A DNA stretch of 64,000 nt from NCBI GenBank assembly GCA_004431415.1, contig QPMI01000123.1, forward strand, positions 62,001-126,000, given 5' to 3'. Below the pieces are notes generated by a model, which did not search any database, was not told where the DNA came from, and worked only from the letters and a program-made list of their open reading frames with translations. Positions 47,865 through 60,504 of this stretch are shown here, piece after piece; positions within the stretch are counted from its first letter, which is position 1, and each line of letters opens with the position of its first letter. This DNA is from Cyanophora paradoxa CCMP329. Its lineage: Eukaryota > Plantae > Glaucophyta. The position numbers were made by a program, and so were the translations under genes.

Positions 47865-49654
47865 AGGGGGCGCTCGAGCGCCGCCGGGCTGGCCAGCTCG
47901 AGCTCCGCCGGTTTGTAAAGCGAAAAAGTACGTGTTACGTTATTTATCTAGTAAAGTAAAGGAGGAGGCCCGGGGGCGGGGCCGGGGCCGGGGTCAGCGG
48001 GGGGCGAGGGCCTCGCTGATCTCGACGATGAGGTCGGCGTGCCCCGCGGCGGCGAGCTCGCGGTACTCCCCCGTCCGCACCACCGCCGCCCCGTGCGCCC
48101 GCACCACCCCCATCGCCGCCGCGCGGAGGCGCGCGCAGCCGATCTGGTCGGCGGCGACGAGGGCGCGGAGGGCCGAGGCGGCGCCGAGGAGGCCCGGGCG
48201 GCAGAGGCGCTCCTCCACGCGCTGGACGAGGCGCGGGAGGGCGTAGAAGTGGGCGGCGCGGAGCAGCTCGACGAGCGCGGCCGCCGGTTCCTCCTCGCCG
48301 GCCTCCACCCGCAGCTCGCCCGTGTAGAGGTACCCCAGCAGCGCCCGCACCGTCCCCGCGCTGTACTCCGTCACCTGGGGGGAAGCTCGCGGGGGGCTCG
48401 CGGGGGCTCGAGGAGGGGGCCGGGGCGGGCCGGGGCGCTCGCCTCGATGACGCGGGTGCGGGCCTCGCGCATGCCGGCGCCGAGCATGCGGCGGAAGTGC
48501 TCGCTGTGGAGCTGCAGGAAGAGCGCGTGCGCCGGGATGCTCGCGCTCCGCCCTGCGCATGCGGGCCCCTCGCGCGGGGCGGGGCGGGGCCGGGCCGGGC
48601 GGGCGCACCGCCGCGCTCGACGAGGAAGGTGACGTCGGGCGGCGGCATCCCTCCAGCGCCTGCTCGTCCCTCCTGCCCGCCCCTCAGCGGCTGCGCGCGG
48701 CCGGCGCCGGCGGGGGGCGGACTGGAGGCAGGCGCGGGCGAGGGCGCGCTGGGCGGCGAGCGCGTCGTTCTCCGCCGGCGCCTCGCCCGGCGCCGCCAGC
48801 TCTGCGGGACGGGGTGGGCCCGGGCGGCCGGGTCTCGGGGGCGGGGCGCGGACGCTTGGCGGCCTCGGTGCGGAGGTGGGCGAGGAGGGAGGCGTCCCCC
48901 GAGGGGAGGTTCGCCAGCGCGTTCCGCCGCCACACCAGCTGCTTCTCCGACATCCGGTCCTGCAGGGCGCGTCAGGCGGGGCGGGGCAGGGCGCGGGGCG
49001 GGGGGCGGGGCGGGCCTGGACGTCGCCGGAGGTGACGACGAGGAAGTCGGTGAGGTGCGGGATCAGGCCGATCTCCACCGGCAGCGTCGTCAGCCCGTTG
49101 TGCTGCAGGTTCAGCCACGTCAGCTGCTCCAGCTTCCCGATCTGCGGGGCGTCAGGCGGGGCCCCGGACGGGGCGGGGCGGGCGGGGCAAGGGCGCCTCG
49201 CGGGGGACGGCGGAGAGGTGGTTGCACTCGGCCTGGCGGCCCAGCTCAGCGGGCGCGGCGCGAGGGGCGGCGCCCCGGCCTCACCCGCAGCACGCGGAGC
49301 TTCGTCAGGCGGCCGATCTCCGGCGGGAGCGACTGCAGCTGGTTGTACCCCACGTTCAGCTCCTCCAGGTTCACCAGCTTCGCCAGCTCCTCGCCTGCGG
49401 CACGTCACGCGGCGCGCGGGGGCGCAGCGGGCGGCGGGCGCGTGGCACCGGGGATGGCGGTGAGGCGGTTGGCGGAGAGGTCGAGCCTGCGGATGGCGGC
49501 GGGGCCGGCGCGCGCGATGGCGGCCGTCGGCCACTCCCGCAGGCCGCTGTTCCCCAGGTCCAGCAGCGCCTCCTCGTCCACGTATGCGCCCTGTGCGGCG
49601 CTCCGTGAGCGCCGCCGCGCGCCGGGCCCGGCGCTCGCACGCGGCCTTACCATC
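47865..49654 (-). repeat. Inverted segmental duplication of ~24989-26816
   Basis: Homology runs from GATGgtaagg through the 3' flank (GTAACACGTACTTTT..GCTTTACAAAC..GGCGCTCGAGCGCCCCCTT). Confidence 0.95.
47994..49653 (-). CDS. LRR + BTB/POZ protein, copy 2 (apparently intact)
   Basis: Inverted near-identical copy of 24990-26646 including introns. It ends GVVRAHGAAVVRTGEYRELAAAGHADLIVEISEALAPR*. Confidence 0.88.
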
Positions 49655-50440
49655 GCGGAGGGCGGCCGCATCGTCGTCCGACGCTGCGTTCAAGCACAAG
49701 ACGCCTCAATGAACGTCGACTCTAGTTAGGAGCTCAAGATTCAAGACAGGGACCTGCGCGCAGTCGTTGCTGCGAGCGAGCACATCCGAAATTTCGGAAG
49801 TAAGGCGCGCGCGGGACATACCGGTGCCGGCGCCTCCGTTGAAGATGGAAGGCGCTTGCCGGAAAAGTTGCACTCGCAAACCGCTCGCCAGTGCTAGCTA
49901 TAGAGCGAGATGCGCGAGATGCGCTGGGCTGGGACTTCGTCCTGACCTGGCGAAGGCAGCGGTCGGAGAACACAAGCGGTCACTGTAGAGCATCCCAAGC
50001 GCACCAGGCGGCATGCGAGCGGTCAGCCCGGTCCAAGGCTTGCAAGCTTCCTTTCGAACCGTCGACCCAGGCGCCCAATGCGAGTCAATCGCTACCGATT
50101 CCTGCGCTGTGCAAGCCTCACGGCGACGGTGCCGGCTGGCTGCGTCGGATCCTTCGGGCGCGAACCGCTATTTGTCGTACCCGCCCGTGCTTGGGGTACG
50201 GAGGTGCGTGAATAGAACGGTGCAGAGCGGAATTTGCAGGGTAACACTTGAAAAATCGTAAGTACTGCACAGCAAAGAACAACAAGGGGGCCCTAGGGCG
50301 CGAGAAAAAGCCTGGCAGAATTCGAACGCGGGTCGCAATGCTGCAAGCGCTAGCGCTAGCACTGCCACGCTGTCTAGATCTTGCACGGGGGCCCACAGCC
50401 GGCGCCGGCGCGCGCGCAGGGCTGATCGACGCGGCGGGCC

Positions 50441-53235
50441 TCAATGGGCGGGGGCGTGGGGGTGCGGGGCGGGGGCGGGGTGGCCGGTGTGCCAGACGAC
50501 GCGGGTGTGGCCCTGCCGGAGGAGCAGGTTCGTCGTGTTGTAGTGCTTGTCCGCCAGCGCCTCCCTGCGCGCCCCCCCGGGCCCGCCTCAGCCGCGGAGC
50601 AGCGAAGGCGGGGCGGGGCGGGCGGGCTTGAAGCGGGGGAGGTTGGCGTGGGCGTAGGCGCGGCTCTCGCGGAGGAGGGCGAGGTGGTCGGGGTGGGTGT
50701 CGGGCCCCGCGGCGGCCTTGAGGTCGCCCGCCGCGTGGCCCTCGTCGGCGAGCAGCCGCCGCAGCTTCGCCACCTGCAGCAGCGAGCACAGCAGGTCCTC
50801 CGCCCGCGCACCCTGCCCCCCGCCCCGCCCCGCCCCGCCTCAGCCGCGCGCCGGCCGGCGGGTGGGGAGGCGGGGCGGGCCTTGTGGAGGGAGACGTAGA
50901 GGTGCGGGCGCCCCGAGACGCCGCGCTTCACCGTCAGCAGGTACCTGCGCCCCGCCCCGCTCGAGGCCGGGCCGGCGGGGGCCGGCGGGGGGCGCCTCGC
51001 ACTTGTCGCCGCGGTAGAGGGCGGTGAGGGCGCGCATCTCGTCGGCGCCGGCGGCGACGGTGGAGAGGGGCACGCCCCAGTCGCACGGCGGGCCCCGCGC
51101 CGCCGTCGGCGTGAACGGAATGATCTTCTCCGCGTCGTTGATCTGCCCGCCGGCCGCCGCCCCCTCAGCGGCGCCGGGGCGGGGCGGGGCGGGGGCGGCC
51201 GTCCGACCTGGACGTGGCGGGGGACCTCGCCCGTCTCGATGAAGGCGTCGGCGGCGAGCGCGCCCCGCTGCCGGTTCAGCGTCGTGAACTTCACCGCCCG
51301 CAGGCACCGGTAGTTCGCGAACGAGTACACCGCCGTCAGTGCCAGGAACGCCGCCAGCCGCCCCTGCCCCGCCCCGCCCCCCGTGAGGCCGCCACCCCTC
51401 GCCGTCTGCGGGGCCCGCACCTTGATGCTGGGGGGGATCTGCCGCACGAGCCCGATGCCGAGGCACATGCCTGCGGGGGCGCGTGAGGGGGCGCCGGGCC
51501 GGGGGGCGCGGCAAGCCGAGGGGGGGCACCGAGGAGGTTGGAGACAACGTTCTGCGCGTCGCCCTTCGCCGTGATGTCGCCTGCACGTGCACCCCGCCGG
51601 GTCGCCCGGGGCGGAGCTGGGGCGGGGGGCCGGAGCCCGGGGGCCGCACCGAGGTTCTCGTGGAGGGCGAATGACTTGTTGACCGAGGCGCGCGAGGCGA
51701 CCCCGATCGTGATCGCCACTGCCGCACCCCGGCGTGGGCGGGAGGGGTGCTCGGGGCCGGGGCCGGGGGAAGGGCGGACCGGCCTTGGAGGCGTTGGCGA
51801 GGGAGGCGATGAGGAGGAAGAAGCTGGGCGGCAGCGCCGGCGTCGCGATCTCCAGGCCTGCGCCCTGCGCCCCTCCCCGTTGCGGGGGCCCGGGCGGGGC
51901 GGGGCGAGGGCGGGGCGGGGGCGGACGAGGTCGTAGAGGATGTCGGAGGCGAGGCGGTAGCGCTTCGGGTCCTCGTCGAAGCGGGAGCCCATGCGGGCGA
52001 AGAGCAGCTTGCCGACGTTCCCCAGCCCGTCCTTCAGCACCCAGTTGATCGCCGCCGCCCCCGCCGCCTGCGAGCCCACCGAGCGGCCCAGCCCCACCGC
52101 CTGCCCCGCCCCGGTCACCCGCGCCGCCGGCGGTGGCGAGGGAGGGGAAGGGGTACGGGCGCGCCTGGAGGAGCGCCTGCGTCGAGAGGACGTTCACCAT
52201 GCTCGAGAGGACCTGCGGCCGGGGAGAGTGGGCAGGGGGCGGAGAGGCGCCTGCTGTAGGGTACGCGCACGTTCTGCACGGCCCGCCACTTGCTGTAGTC
52301 GAGGTATGAGGGGGATACGCTCTCGGGAAACCTGCGGCGCGCAGTCGGCGGGCGGTGCCGGGGGCGGGGCGGGGCGGGGCGGTGTCGGGGACGGGGCGCG
52401 CCCTTCGGGCAAGAAGAAGTAGGCTATTATGTCGCGCAGCTTCAGCACGTGCGCCCCCTCGTCCTCCTGCGATACCGCGCGTCAGAGGACCGGAGGGGCA
52501 GCGCTCTGGCGCGGGCCCCGGCCTGGCCCCCGCCGGTGTGCGGGGCGCCCCCCGGGGGCCCCGGTCGCACCTCGCCCTCGTGGTGCGAGGCCATGCGCTC
52601 GATCACCTCGAGGCGCCCGCCCTCCCGCCAGTGGTACTCCCGCACCTGCCCCGCCCCGCGTCAGGCGCCGCCCTGAGGGGGCCCGGCGCCCCGCGCGCCT
52701 TGCGACCCCTGTACTCGACCGCGAAGGGCCGGTCCTCTGCCCGCGACTCCTTGGCGTGCTCCAGCGCCTCCGCCGCGGCTCCCATTCCGATCGCGCCGGC
52801 CGTGAGCGCCAGGGTGAGGGCGGCGGAGCGCCAGCCCCCGCGCTGATCCCCTTGTGCGCGCCGGCGGGATCGCGAGCTGGACGGCAGATCCGCATCCTCC
52901 GGTTCCTCGTCACCATCACCGTCGCCGCGCCCACCGTCCCCGCCGCGCCCGCTGCCGCCGCCCCGCCCGCCCCGCCCGCCGCTTCGCCCCTCTAAAGCGA
53001 CCGCGAAACTGCGTGCTGCCCGCTGCAGGCTTCCGAAACTCCTCCTGAGCCCGGGTAATGCTGGCTCGAACGTACGCAATGCTCGCTGCGTGTGATCGGG
53101 CTGCTCTTCGTCAGCCGCGTGACTCGATCGCCCCGATGCTTCGCACGCGCAGCGCGGCGGGTGTGCCGCTGCTGCCGCTGAAACGCGCAGTGCGCACGGA
53201 GCGCCGGGGACCAGGATTAGGTACGACGACTGCAT
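50441..53235 (-). CDS. ROOT UVB SENSITIVE (RUS/DUF647) family protein
   Basis: FLPEG|FPESVSPSYLDYSKWR, VLSTQALL, AAAINWVLKDGLG, FDEDPKRYRL and FALHENL|GDITAKG. The start codon is uncertain. Confidence 0.9.
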
Positions 53236-53267
53236 CTCGTCTGCACGGGGGGTACGCGGGCGGAGCG

Positions 53268-54554
53268 ATGGCGTCTCCGAGCTCGTCCGACCCGATGCGC
53301 GCCGCCTTCATCGGGCTGGGGAAGATGGGCGCCCCGATGGCGGCGAACCTGGCTCAGAGCGGCCTGGTCCAGCTGAGCGTTTGGAACAGGAGCGCGGACA
53401 AGTGCGCCAAGATTCCCAACGCAAGCGTCGCGGCATCGCCGGCTGAGGTTAGATTGCTTGCAGAACTCGCGTACGCGCGCGCTGCAGCTTGCCGAGTCAC
53501 AGGCTATCCCCGCAGGCGGCCAGCGATCGGAGCATCATTTTCACTTGCGTCGCGGACGACAAGGCGCTCGAAGGTGCGGTAAAGCGGCGTGCGCTCGGGC
53601 AAACCTCGCTTGACAGGCGCGGTCGCGGGCGCGCGCGGCGTCGAGCGCAGAGGTGGCGTGGTCCGAGCGGGGCTTTCTGTCGAGCGTGCAGCGGGGCGCG
53701 CTCGTCGTCGAGATGAGCTTCGTCAGCGTGGACGTCATCAACCGTCTCCAGGCCCGCGCCCGTCCGGCCCAGGCCTAGGTCGCGCGCGCGCGCGATCGAT
53801 GCCTTTCAGCGCTGACGCGTACGCCGGTGGCGCAGGCGGCCCTGGCGGAGAAGGGGGCGTCGCTGCTGACGGCTGCGGTGTTCGGGCGGCCGGAGGCGGC
53901 GGCGGCGGCGAAGCTGACGATCGTGGCGGGGGGCGCCGCGGGGGACCTGGAGCGGGCGCGGCCGCTGCTGGAGCGGCTGGGGCAGGCGGTGCTGCACGTG
54001 GGGGGCGAGCCGAGGCACGGGGCGGCGTGCAAGGCGGTGGGGAACCTGCTGGTGGCCGGCGTCGTGGAGATATTCGGCGAGGCGATCAACCTGGGCGCCG
54101 CCGCCGGCCTCGACCCCGACACCCTCGCCGAGGCCCCGCCCCGCCCGACGCCCCTCCGAGGCCCCCGCCTCACGCCTCCGGCAGCTCATCGCGCGGCTCT
54201 TCGGGACGAGCGGGCTGAACTTCCGGGGCTACGCGGAGCGGATTGCGCGGAGCGACTTCGCGAACGTGGGGGCGGCGCTGGAGACGGGCGTCAAGGACCT
54301 CGCCATCATCCGCGGCCTCGCCGCCTCCGCCAGCTGCCCCACGCCCCTCGCCGACCTCTGCGCCAACCATCTCATCGTGCGCCGGCGCGTCCCGGCCTGG
54401 GCGTCGCCTTGCCTCACGCGGCGCGCGGCAGGGGGTGCTGAACGCGACGCGGGCGGCGGGGCACGGGGAGCGCTCGCTCGACTGGACGGCCGTCGCCGCC
54501 GCCACGCGCCTCGCCGCCGGCATGCCCACAGGTATCCCCAACCCCAAGCCCTAG
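53268..54554 (+). CDS. Beta-hydroxyacid dehydrogenase (3-hydroxyisobutyrate/glyoxylate reductase family, NAD_binding_2)
   Basis: FIGLGKMGAPMAANL, VWNRS, AAVFGRPEAA..KLTIVAGG, CKAVGN, KDL and LDW. Confidence 0.88.
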
Positions 54555-54628
54555 CAGCCCTCGGATCGGCGGGACGCGTTATGGATGTACAGCACGCTAA
54601 GTAAGTAGACTCTGCCGCCTTGCCCGGG

Positions 54629-55654
54629 CTAGGGGTCGTCCGGGGCGACGCCGAAGCGCTGAGAGGCGTAGTTCGTGAAGCACGCGAAGTCGTTCTGGCG
54701 GTGCGGCGTCAGGGCGGGAGGCCTGGGCGGGACGGGGGCGGGGCGGGGCGCACGCTGAGGTTGCGGGCGTGCTGGGGCCGGAAGGCGCTCCGGCGCATGC
54801 CCGGGATGGCCCGGGCGATGGTCGGGCCCATCACACGCCCCGTGTTCCAGATCACCCGCTGCCCCGCCGTGAGGAGGGAGCGGAGGCTCGAGGCCGGGGC
54901 AGCGCACGGTGCGGCGGGGGTCCTCGGGGTCGAGGGAGGCGGCAAGGAGGCGCACGCTCTCGGCCACCTTCGTCTGGCACTCCTCCGACAGGTACGGCGG
55001 GTCCGCCACGATCACCTGGCCCCCCCGCCCCCGCCCCTCGGCCCGCGCCCTCGTGCCCCCGCCAGCCCGGGCCCCTCGCGCACGCGCATGGTGCCCTTGA
55101 GGTGCTCGGGGACCTTCTGGGGGGCGTTGTAGTCGTAGAAGGCGAAGGCTTCCCCGTACCGCCCGAACCGCTTGTCTGCCGCCCCCGCCGCCCCTCAGCG
55201 CCGCCCCGCCGCGGGGCGCGGCCGCGGAGACGAGGGGAGAGGGGAGTGCCCACCGTACTCCAGCACGTACATGGGCGCGCCGGCCTTCCGCATCCGCTGC
55301 CCGGCGAGCGTCGGGGGCGGGGGCGGCGGGGGCGGCGGGGGCGCAGCGGGGCGGGGCGGGGCGCACGCGGAGGGCCCGGAAGGCGGAGGGGGAGCTGATG
55401 CAGCAGACGGGCCCCCCGTCGCTCACCTCCAGCGCCTCCTCCGCCAGCGCGCTCGACGTCTCCTCCGAGTACCAGAACTGCGAGAGGCCCCAGTCCTCCG
55501 ACACGAACCCGTCCTCGTCCTCCCCCGGCGGCTCTGCAGGCTGCTCCGCCGGCGTCTCCTTCTTCCCGACGCTGTTCCTCCAGTCCTTCCCGTAGATCTC
55601 CTCCAGCGCTGCCAGCGCCGCCGCGGAGAGCTGCGGCGCCTCCTCGTCGTCCAT
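54629..55654 (-). CDS. EEF1AKMT1: eEF1A lysine methyltransferase 1 (N6AMT2/Efm5)
   Basis: EDWGLSQFWYS, CISSPS, LEY|DKRF, FYDYNAP, ADPPYLSEEC and FRPQH..LS|NDFACFTNY. Confidence 0.92.
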   Translation of the reverse strand: MDDEEAPQLSAAALAALEEIYGKDWRNSVGKKETPAEQPAEPPGEDEDGFVSEDWGLSQFWYSEETSSALAEEALEVSDGGPVCCISSPSAFRALRVRPAPPRCAPAAPAAPAPDARRAADAEGRRAHVRAGVRWALPSPLVSAAAPRGGAALRGGGGGRQAVRAVRGSLRLLRLQRPPEGPRAPQGHHARARGARAGGGTRARAEGRGRGGQVIVADPPYLSEECQTKVAESVRLLAASLDPEDPRRTVRCPGLEPPLPPHGGAAGDLEHGACDGPDHRPGHPGHAPERLPAPARPQPQRAPRPAPVPPRPPALTPHRQNDFACFTNYASQRFGVAPDDP

Positions 55655-56174
55655 CCTAGCTCGGGTCCCCCGGTTCTCGCGCGCGCCGCCGCCGGCCTGA
55701 GCACGCATGAGCCCCGCGCTCGCGCTCTCATTTGGGCGCCGGCCAGCTAGCAGCTCGCCGCGGCGCGCGAAGGCAGCGGCGCGCTAGCGAAAGCCGGTCG
55801 CGATCGGGGCGGCGGCGCGCGCGCACCGATGGTTTAGCTAGTGGCGATGAGTAGAAGCTATAAAATGGCGCGCTCTCGAGGCGCTCGCGGCGGATGAATG
55901 CGTCGCACGCCGCGCCGTTGTCCTGCGGGGGCGTGTTGCAATCAGCGTCGGCGTTGAAACAGGCTCCTCGATCAGATAAGCAACTGAAGGGCGCCGGCAC
56001 TCGCCTTGTTTGCGAAGTGTTCACTTTCTCGGGGGTACAGCCTCGCCTTCGATTCGTTGAAGGGCGGCTCAGATCCCCTTCAAGGGCGCGTCATCGACAG
56101 CCGCAGCCTCGCCCCGTCTAGAAGGAAACTCCCGGCTAGCAGATCGTGGCCCGAGCGAGATCTCCAAGGGAGGG

Positions 56175-59100
56175 ATGTTCGGCGGTCTAGCACAGCCCGG
56201 GCCAGCCCCGGCAATCGGCCCGCCCATGCCTGTCAGCCCAGTAGATGCTCTCCTGAGCACCTTGACCTGCGGGGACATCGTGGATCAGGCGAAACAGCTG
56301 CTCATGTTCTTGGACGAGATAAGGCGGCTGGAGGAGTCGCACACGATGAGTCTGAAGGATCCAAACTTCCTCATGCGTGCCGTGGAGCGATACATCAGGT
56401 TCCTGGACATCCGGGCGACCGACGCTTCGGTTTTGCCGCCTATCGACGTTGCCTTCGTGTGGCTGTGCCACCTCCTCCGGCCCGGCGACTGTGAGCCTTT
56501 TTATCGCTCTTCGTGTCTTCTAGGGCCACTAGAAGGGATCGGAGGGGGTCCCGTTGCTCTGCCGTCCTCGCTTAGCTAAGGTTGCGGAACTTCGGAAGCT
56601 TTTCATCTCCCGAACAGCCCCCGCGAGCCAGGATGCCTGACGGCCCCGCGCAGACATCCGGGCGTGCATGAACGCGTACAAGGCAGTGCTGCAGCCCGAC
56701 GGAGACATATTCCGCTCGGCCCAGGACGGCGACCGGCGGCGGTTGGCCACCGTGCGCGAACGCCCCGCTCGCGCCGCCTCGCCGGCCGCCGACGCGGCGC
56801 AGAACATGTGGAACGCGATCTTCCCCGACGACCCGTTTCCGCTGACACTCTCGCCGGGCTTCCGGCCCAAGGAGTCGGGGGTGGCGCGCAGGGAGGACCT
56901 GGCGCGCTCGTGCGGGCAGTTCCTCGCCCTCATCGACTCGGTGAAGGCGAGCGGCCTGCCCGTGCACTCGCCGGTGTTCCTGCAGCGGGCGGCGCGCCGC
57001 TGGGTCAAGTTCATGATCCTCTGCCAGCGCCACCCCGCCGTCATCCTCGTCCGCCCCGCCGCGCCCGGAACCCGCCTCGCCCCGGCCTTCCGCGCCTCAC
57101 GCGTGCGCGGCGTAGATCCCGACGCTGGACGTGGAGCTGATGTGGATCGCGCACCTGGCGAACCCGCGGTCGTACAAGGAGGACACGGAGCGGATCATCG
57201 GGCACCTGCTGCTGCACGACGAGTACATGCCCCTGCAGGACCTCGCCGGCACCAGCGAGCTCTGGGAGCGCGAGTTCGGCGAGGAGTACGCCCGCAACCC
57301 CTGGGGCATCCTCTCCGGCCGGTCCGCCACCACCGCCCCCGCCCCGGCGCCCTGCCCCCCCCCCCCCCCCCCCCCTGACACCCCGCGCAGGACGGCGAGC
57401 CAGGCGCAGGTGGCGGCGGGGGCGGCGCGGAACAGCCCGGTGCAGCAGCTGCATGGGGCGGCAGGCGGGCCGGCGTTCCTGGCGCAGGGCGGGCGGCACC
57501 TCTCGACGGTGCTCGTCCCGGGCTTCCGCTTCGACGAGGGCGGGGCGGGCCCCGCAACGCCCGAGCGGGGCCCCGGCGGGCTCGGCTTCCGGGGCTCGCT
57601 GGGGGGCGTCGGGGCGGCCCTCCCCGAGGAGATCGACATGGACCGGGGGGAGGACGGCCTCGCCCTGCGCGCCTCCGTCGCCGCCGCCACGGGCCGCGCG
57701 AGCGCCGCCCGCTCCCTCGCGGCCGACCTCAGCGCCGCCAAGGGCCGCACACAGTCCGTCTCCTTCGCCGTCGACCCCGTCCGCCCGCCCCCGCCCCCGC
57801 CCCAGCTGCCGGCGTCCGGCCTCCCGTCCTGGCCCCGGCTGACGGGTTTGCAGAGCACGCCGGAGGGCCTCGCGCCGCGCTCCTTCGGGACCCTCGGGGG
57901 CGCCGCCGCGCTGACCCCGGACGCCCGCACGCGCTCCCTCGCCTTCGACCCCCGTGCGGCCCCGCGCACACCGCGCGACCCCCGCGCAGCTCACCGGCGC
58001 CGCGCGGCAGACATGGGCGGGCAGCTGGGGATGCCGGGCAGCCCGTACGGGATGCACGGGATGCACGCCGGCGCGGACTTCAGCTCGCCGGCGGGCCTCG
58101 CGATGGCGGGCCCCAGCTTCGAGGCGGACATGGCGGGCAAGGGGATGGGGATGCAGGCCCGGGGGCCCGGGGCGCCGAGCGGGAAGCTCAAGCACAGCTT
58201 CGTGAGCAGCGCTAACCTGGGGACCTCCATCTACGACGGCTGCTGCCAGTGCCACCTCTGTGAGTGCTGCGTCCAGGTGCCCCGCCCCGCCTTCCGGCAC
58301 TCCCCGGGGCGGGTCAGGCCTCACGATTCCTGCAGGAGGGCTGCCCCAAGTGCGAGTGCTGCAACAACTGCGAGTGCCGCGCCTGCCCCGAGTGCTGCCG
58401 CGTGCGTCGCCCGTATGCCCCGGCGCCGCGGGGTCCGGGCCAACCGAGGCGGCGGGCAGGGCATGGCGTCGGCGTGCGGGCACTGCTGCGCGGGCTGCTG
58501 CAACGCGTGCGGGCAGGCGTGCAGCGGCTTCGGGCAGGCCTGCGGGGGCGCCTGCCTCGAGTGCCGCAACACGTGCGGCCCCCGCTCCTCCTTCCAGCCT
58601 TCCTTTCAGCCGCGGGGCCCGACGGGGCGCGGGGCCGCGGGCAGGTGCCGGCAGTCGTGCGCGCCGTGCTGCTCGGTGCTGGAGGAGTGCGGGAAGAGCT
58701 GCAGCGTGTGCGTCGGGGGCATCGCGACGGCGTGCGCGCCCTTCGCCAAGTGGATCGCGTACACCATCTGGTTCAGCGCCTGCCTCGCCGTCTTCGCCGT
58801 CGGCATCGCCCGCGAGGCCGACTCCTCCTACGATGAGACGGTACCCGCGGCGCCCTCCCTCCTGGCCCGCCCGGCCCGCGCCGGCCGACGCCCTGCGCGC
58901 AGCCGGGGTGGGAGTTCGGGCGGATGCGGGACACGTGGACGTGCCAGCTGATGGCCGGCGTCGGGGGCCTCGCCTTCTGGGCCGGCGTCGCCCACCTCCT
59001 CTGCCGCAAGATGCGGCCCCTCGGGCACTTCTGGTGGCGCCTCGCCCTCTGCGCGCTGGGGTGCCTGGGGGTGGCCGGCGGGTTCGCGTTCACGGAGGAG

Positions 59101-59656
59101 GGCCGCGGGGAGGCGAAGAACTGCGTGGGGGTGATCGTGGCGACGATGGGGGCCTCCTCCTGGGCCCTCGTCGCCGTCCCCTGGCTGCACCGCTACTTCC
59201 TCCTCAACCTCCTCGCCCCCGACGGCCTCATGCTCTTCGTCTGGGGCATCGTCCAGCAGCGCCGCATCGGTCCGCCCCCGCCCCCGCCCCCGACCCACCC
59301 CCACCCCCCGCCGACGCCGACGCGCCGCGCGGGGGGCAGGGAACAACGCGATCACGCTGTACCTGGTGATCTTCGGGGCGGTGGTCGCCTTCGTGCCCGT
59401 CCTCCTCACCTTCCTCGTCTGGAGCGGGCCCAGCCACCAGCGCGCCATCCGCTGGTACCTCGGCCGCAACATCGACGCCATCCCCACCGAGAAGCTCTCC
59501 TCGGAGGGCCCGCGGGGGCGCGGGGCGGGGGCGGGGGCGGCGTACGGGGCGGCCCCGATGGACCTCTCCTCGCTCCCCCCGGAGGCCCTCAAGCTCCTCG
59601 CCGCCGCCGCCGCGACGCCCCAGCGCGACCCCGCCGACGTCACCTACCAGGTCTAG
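56175..59656 (+). CDS. Protein with two GRDP/DUF1399-like repeats, a Cys-rich region and a C-terminal multi-pass membrane domain
   Basis: RAVERYIRFL..LPPIDVAFVWLCHLLRP and RAARRWVKFM..IPTLDVELMWIAHLANP..Y..D. A dense CC/CxC tract follows, then ~6 hydrophobic segments. Confidence 0.8.
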
Positions 59657-60504
59657 GCCGCGGGCCTGGATCCAAGAAGGGGACCTCAGCTGCAGCCCCT
59701 CCGTTCCCCGCTTCGGACCTGCATTCCTCATTCCGTTCGGCCGCGCCACGTGCGCCCTCCTTCCTCTAAGTACATTGCAGCTTATTCCGTCGCCCTCCCG
59801 CAGCTTATTCCGTCGCCTTATTCCGTAGCTTCTCTTTTCAGGCGTAAGCATATCGATATCGATGTTTTGCCTATCGCTGTATGTGTAAGTGCGTCTCACT
59901 AGCGCCCCTTGCCTTGAGCATGCGCATGCGACGCGACGAATTCGAATTCGCGACGCGAACTCCGGGATGCCTCAGCTTGCTGGCGGCGGGCAACTTGAGC
60001 TGGCAGCAGCGCGTACCCCCCTAGACCCTTCACAACTTGCGGGGAAGCTAGCGCTTGAGCGTGCGCAAAGGCGAACAGCAGACAGCCACGAGCTTAGAGC
60101 ACGCGGCCTTGCAATTGAAAAAGACTTTAGTCCGCAGTCTTCGGCAGCGGCGGTTGAGCAGCCAGCCTGCGTGCTTACCTGGGCCACCTCGCGCCCGACA
60201 CGTCCTCATCGAACGGTCGGCAGAGCTCTTCGTAAGCTTCTCAAGCAGGCAACAGCAGCCGATCGAGTGCTTGCCCGGCCGAGAAACTTGATCGCAGGCG
60301 AGGCGGAGCGGCGGGTAGGTCGTCGGCGAACTTGCATACACGCCTCTGCTGATCCCAGCAAGCGCGGCCAAGTGAACAGCGCGAGTCGGAGCAGCCTGGA
60401 AGGAGCTGCGGAGCATGGCAGCGGAGCACGCATAAGCGCCACAGGACGGGCGCCCGGCCCACGTCAGCTTTCTGGCGAACAGCGTAAAGGATAGGTTCTT
60501 CGAG

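Noticed and set aside
13427-59900. Many long Arg/Gly/Pro/Ala-rich ORFs in the track (for example 38268-42302, 44039-46090, 44679-46883)
   Set aside because: Stops are rare at very high GC. These are off-frame, antisense or intron read-through products of the spliced genes listed.
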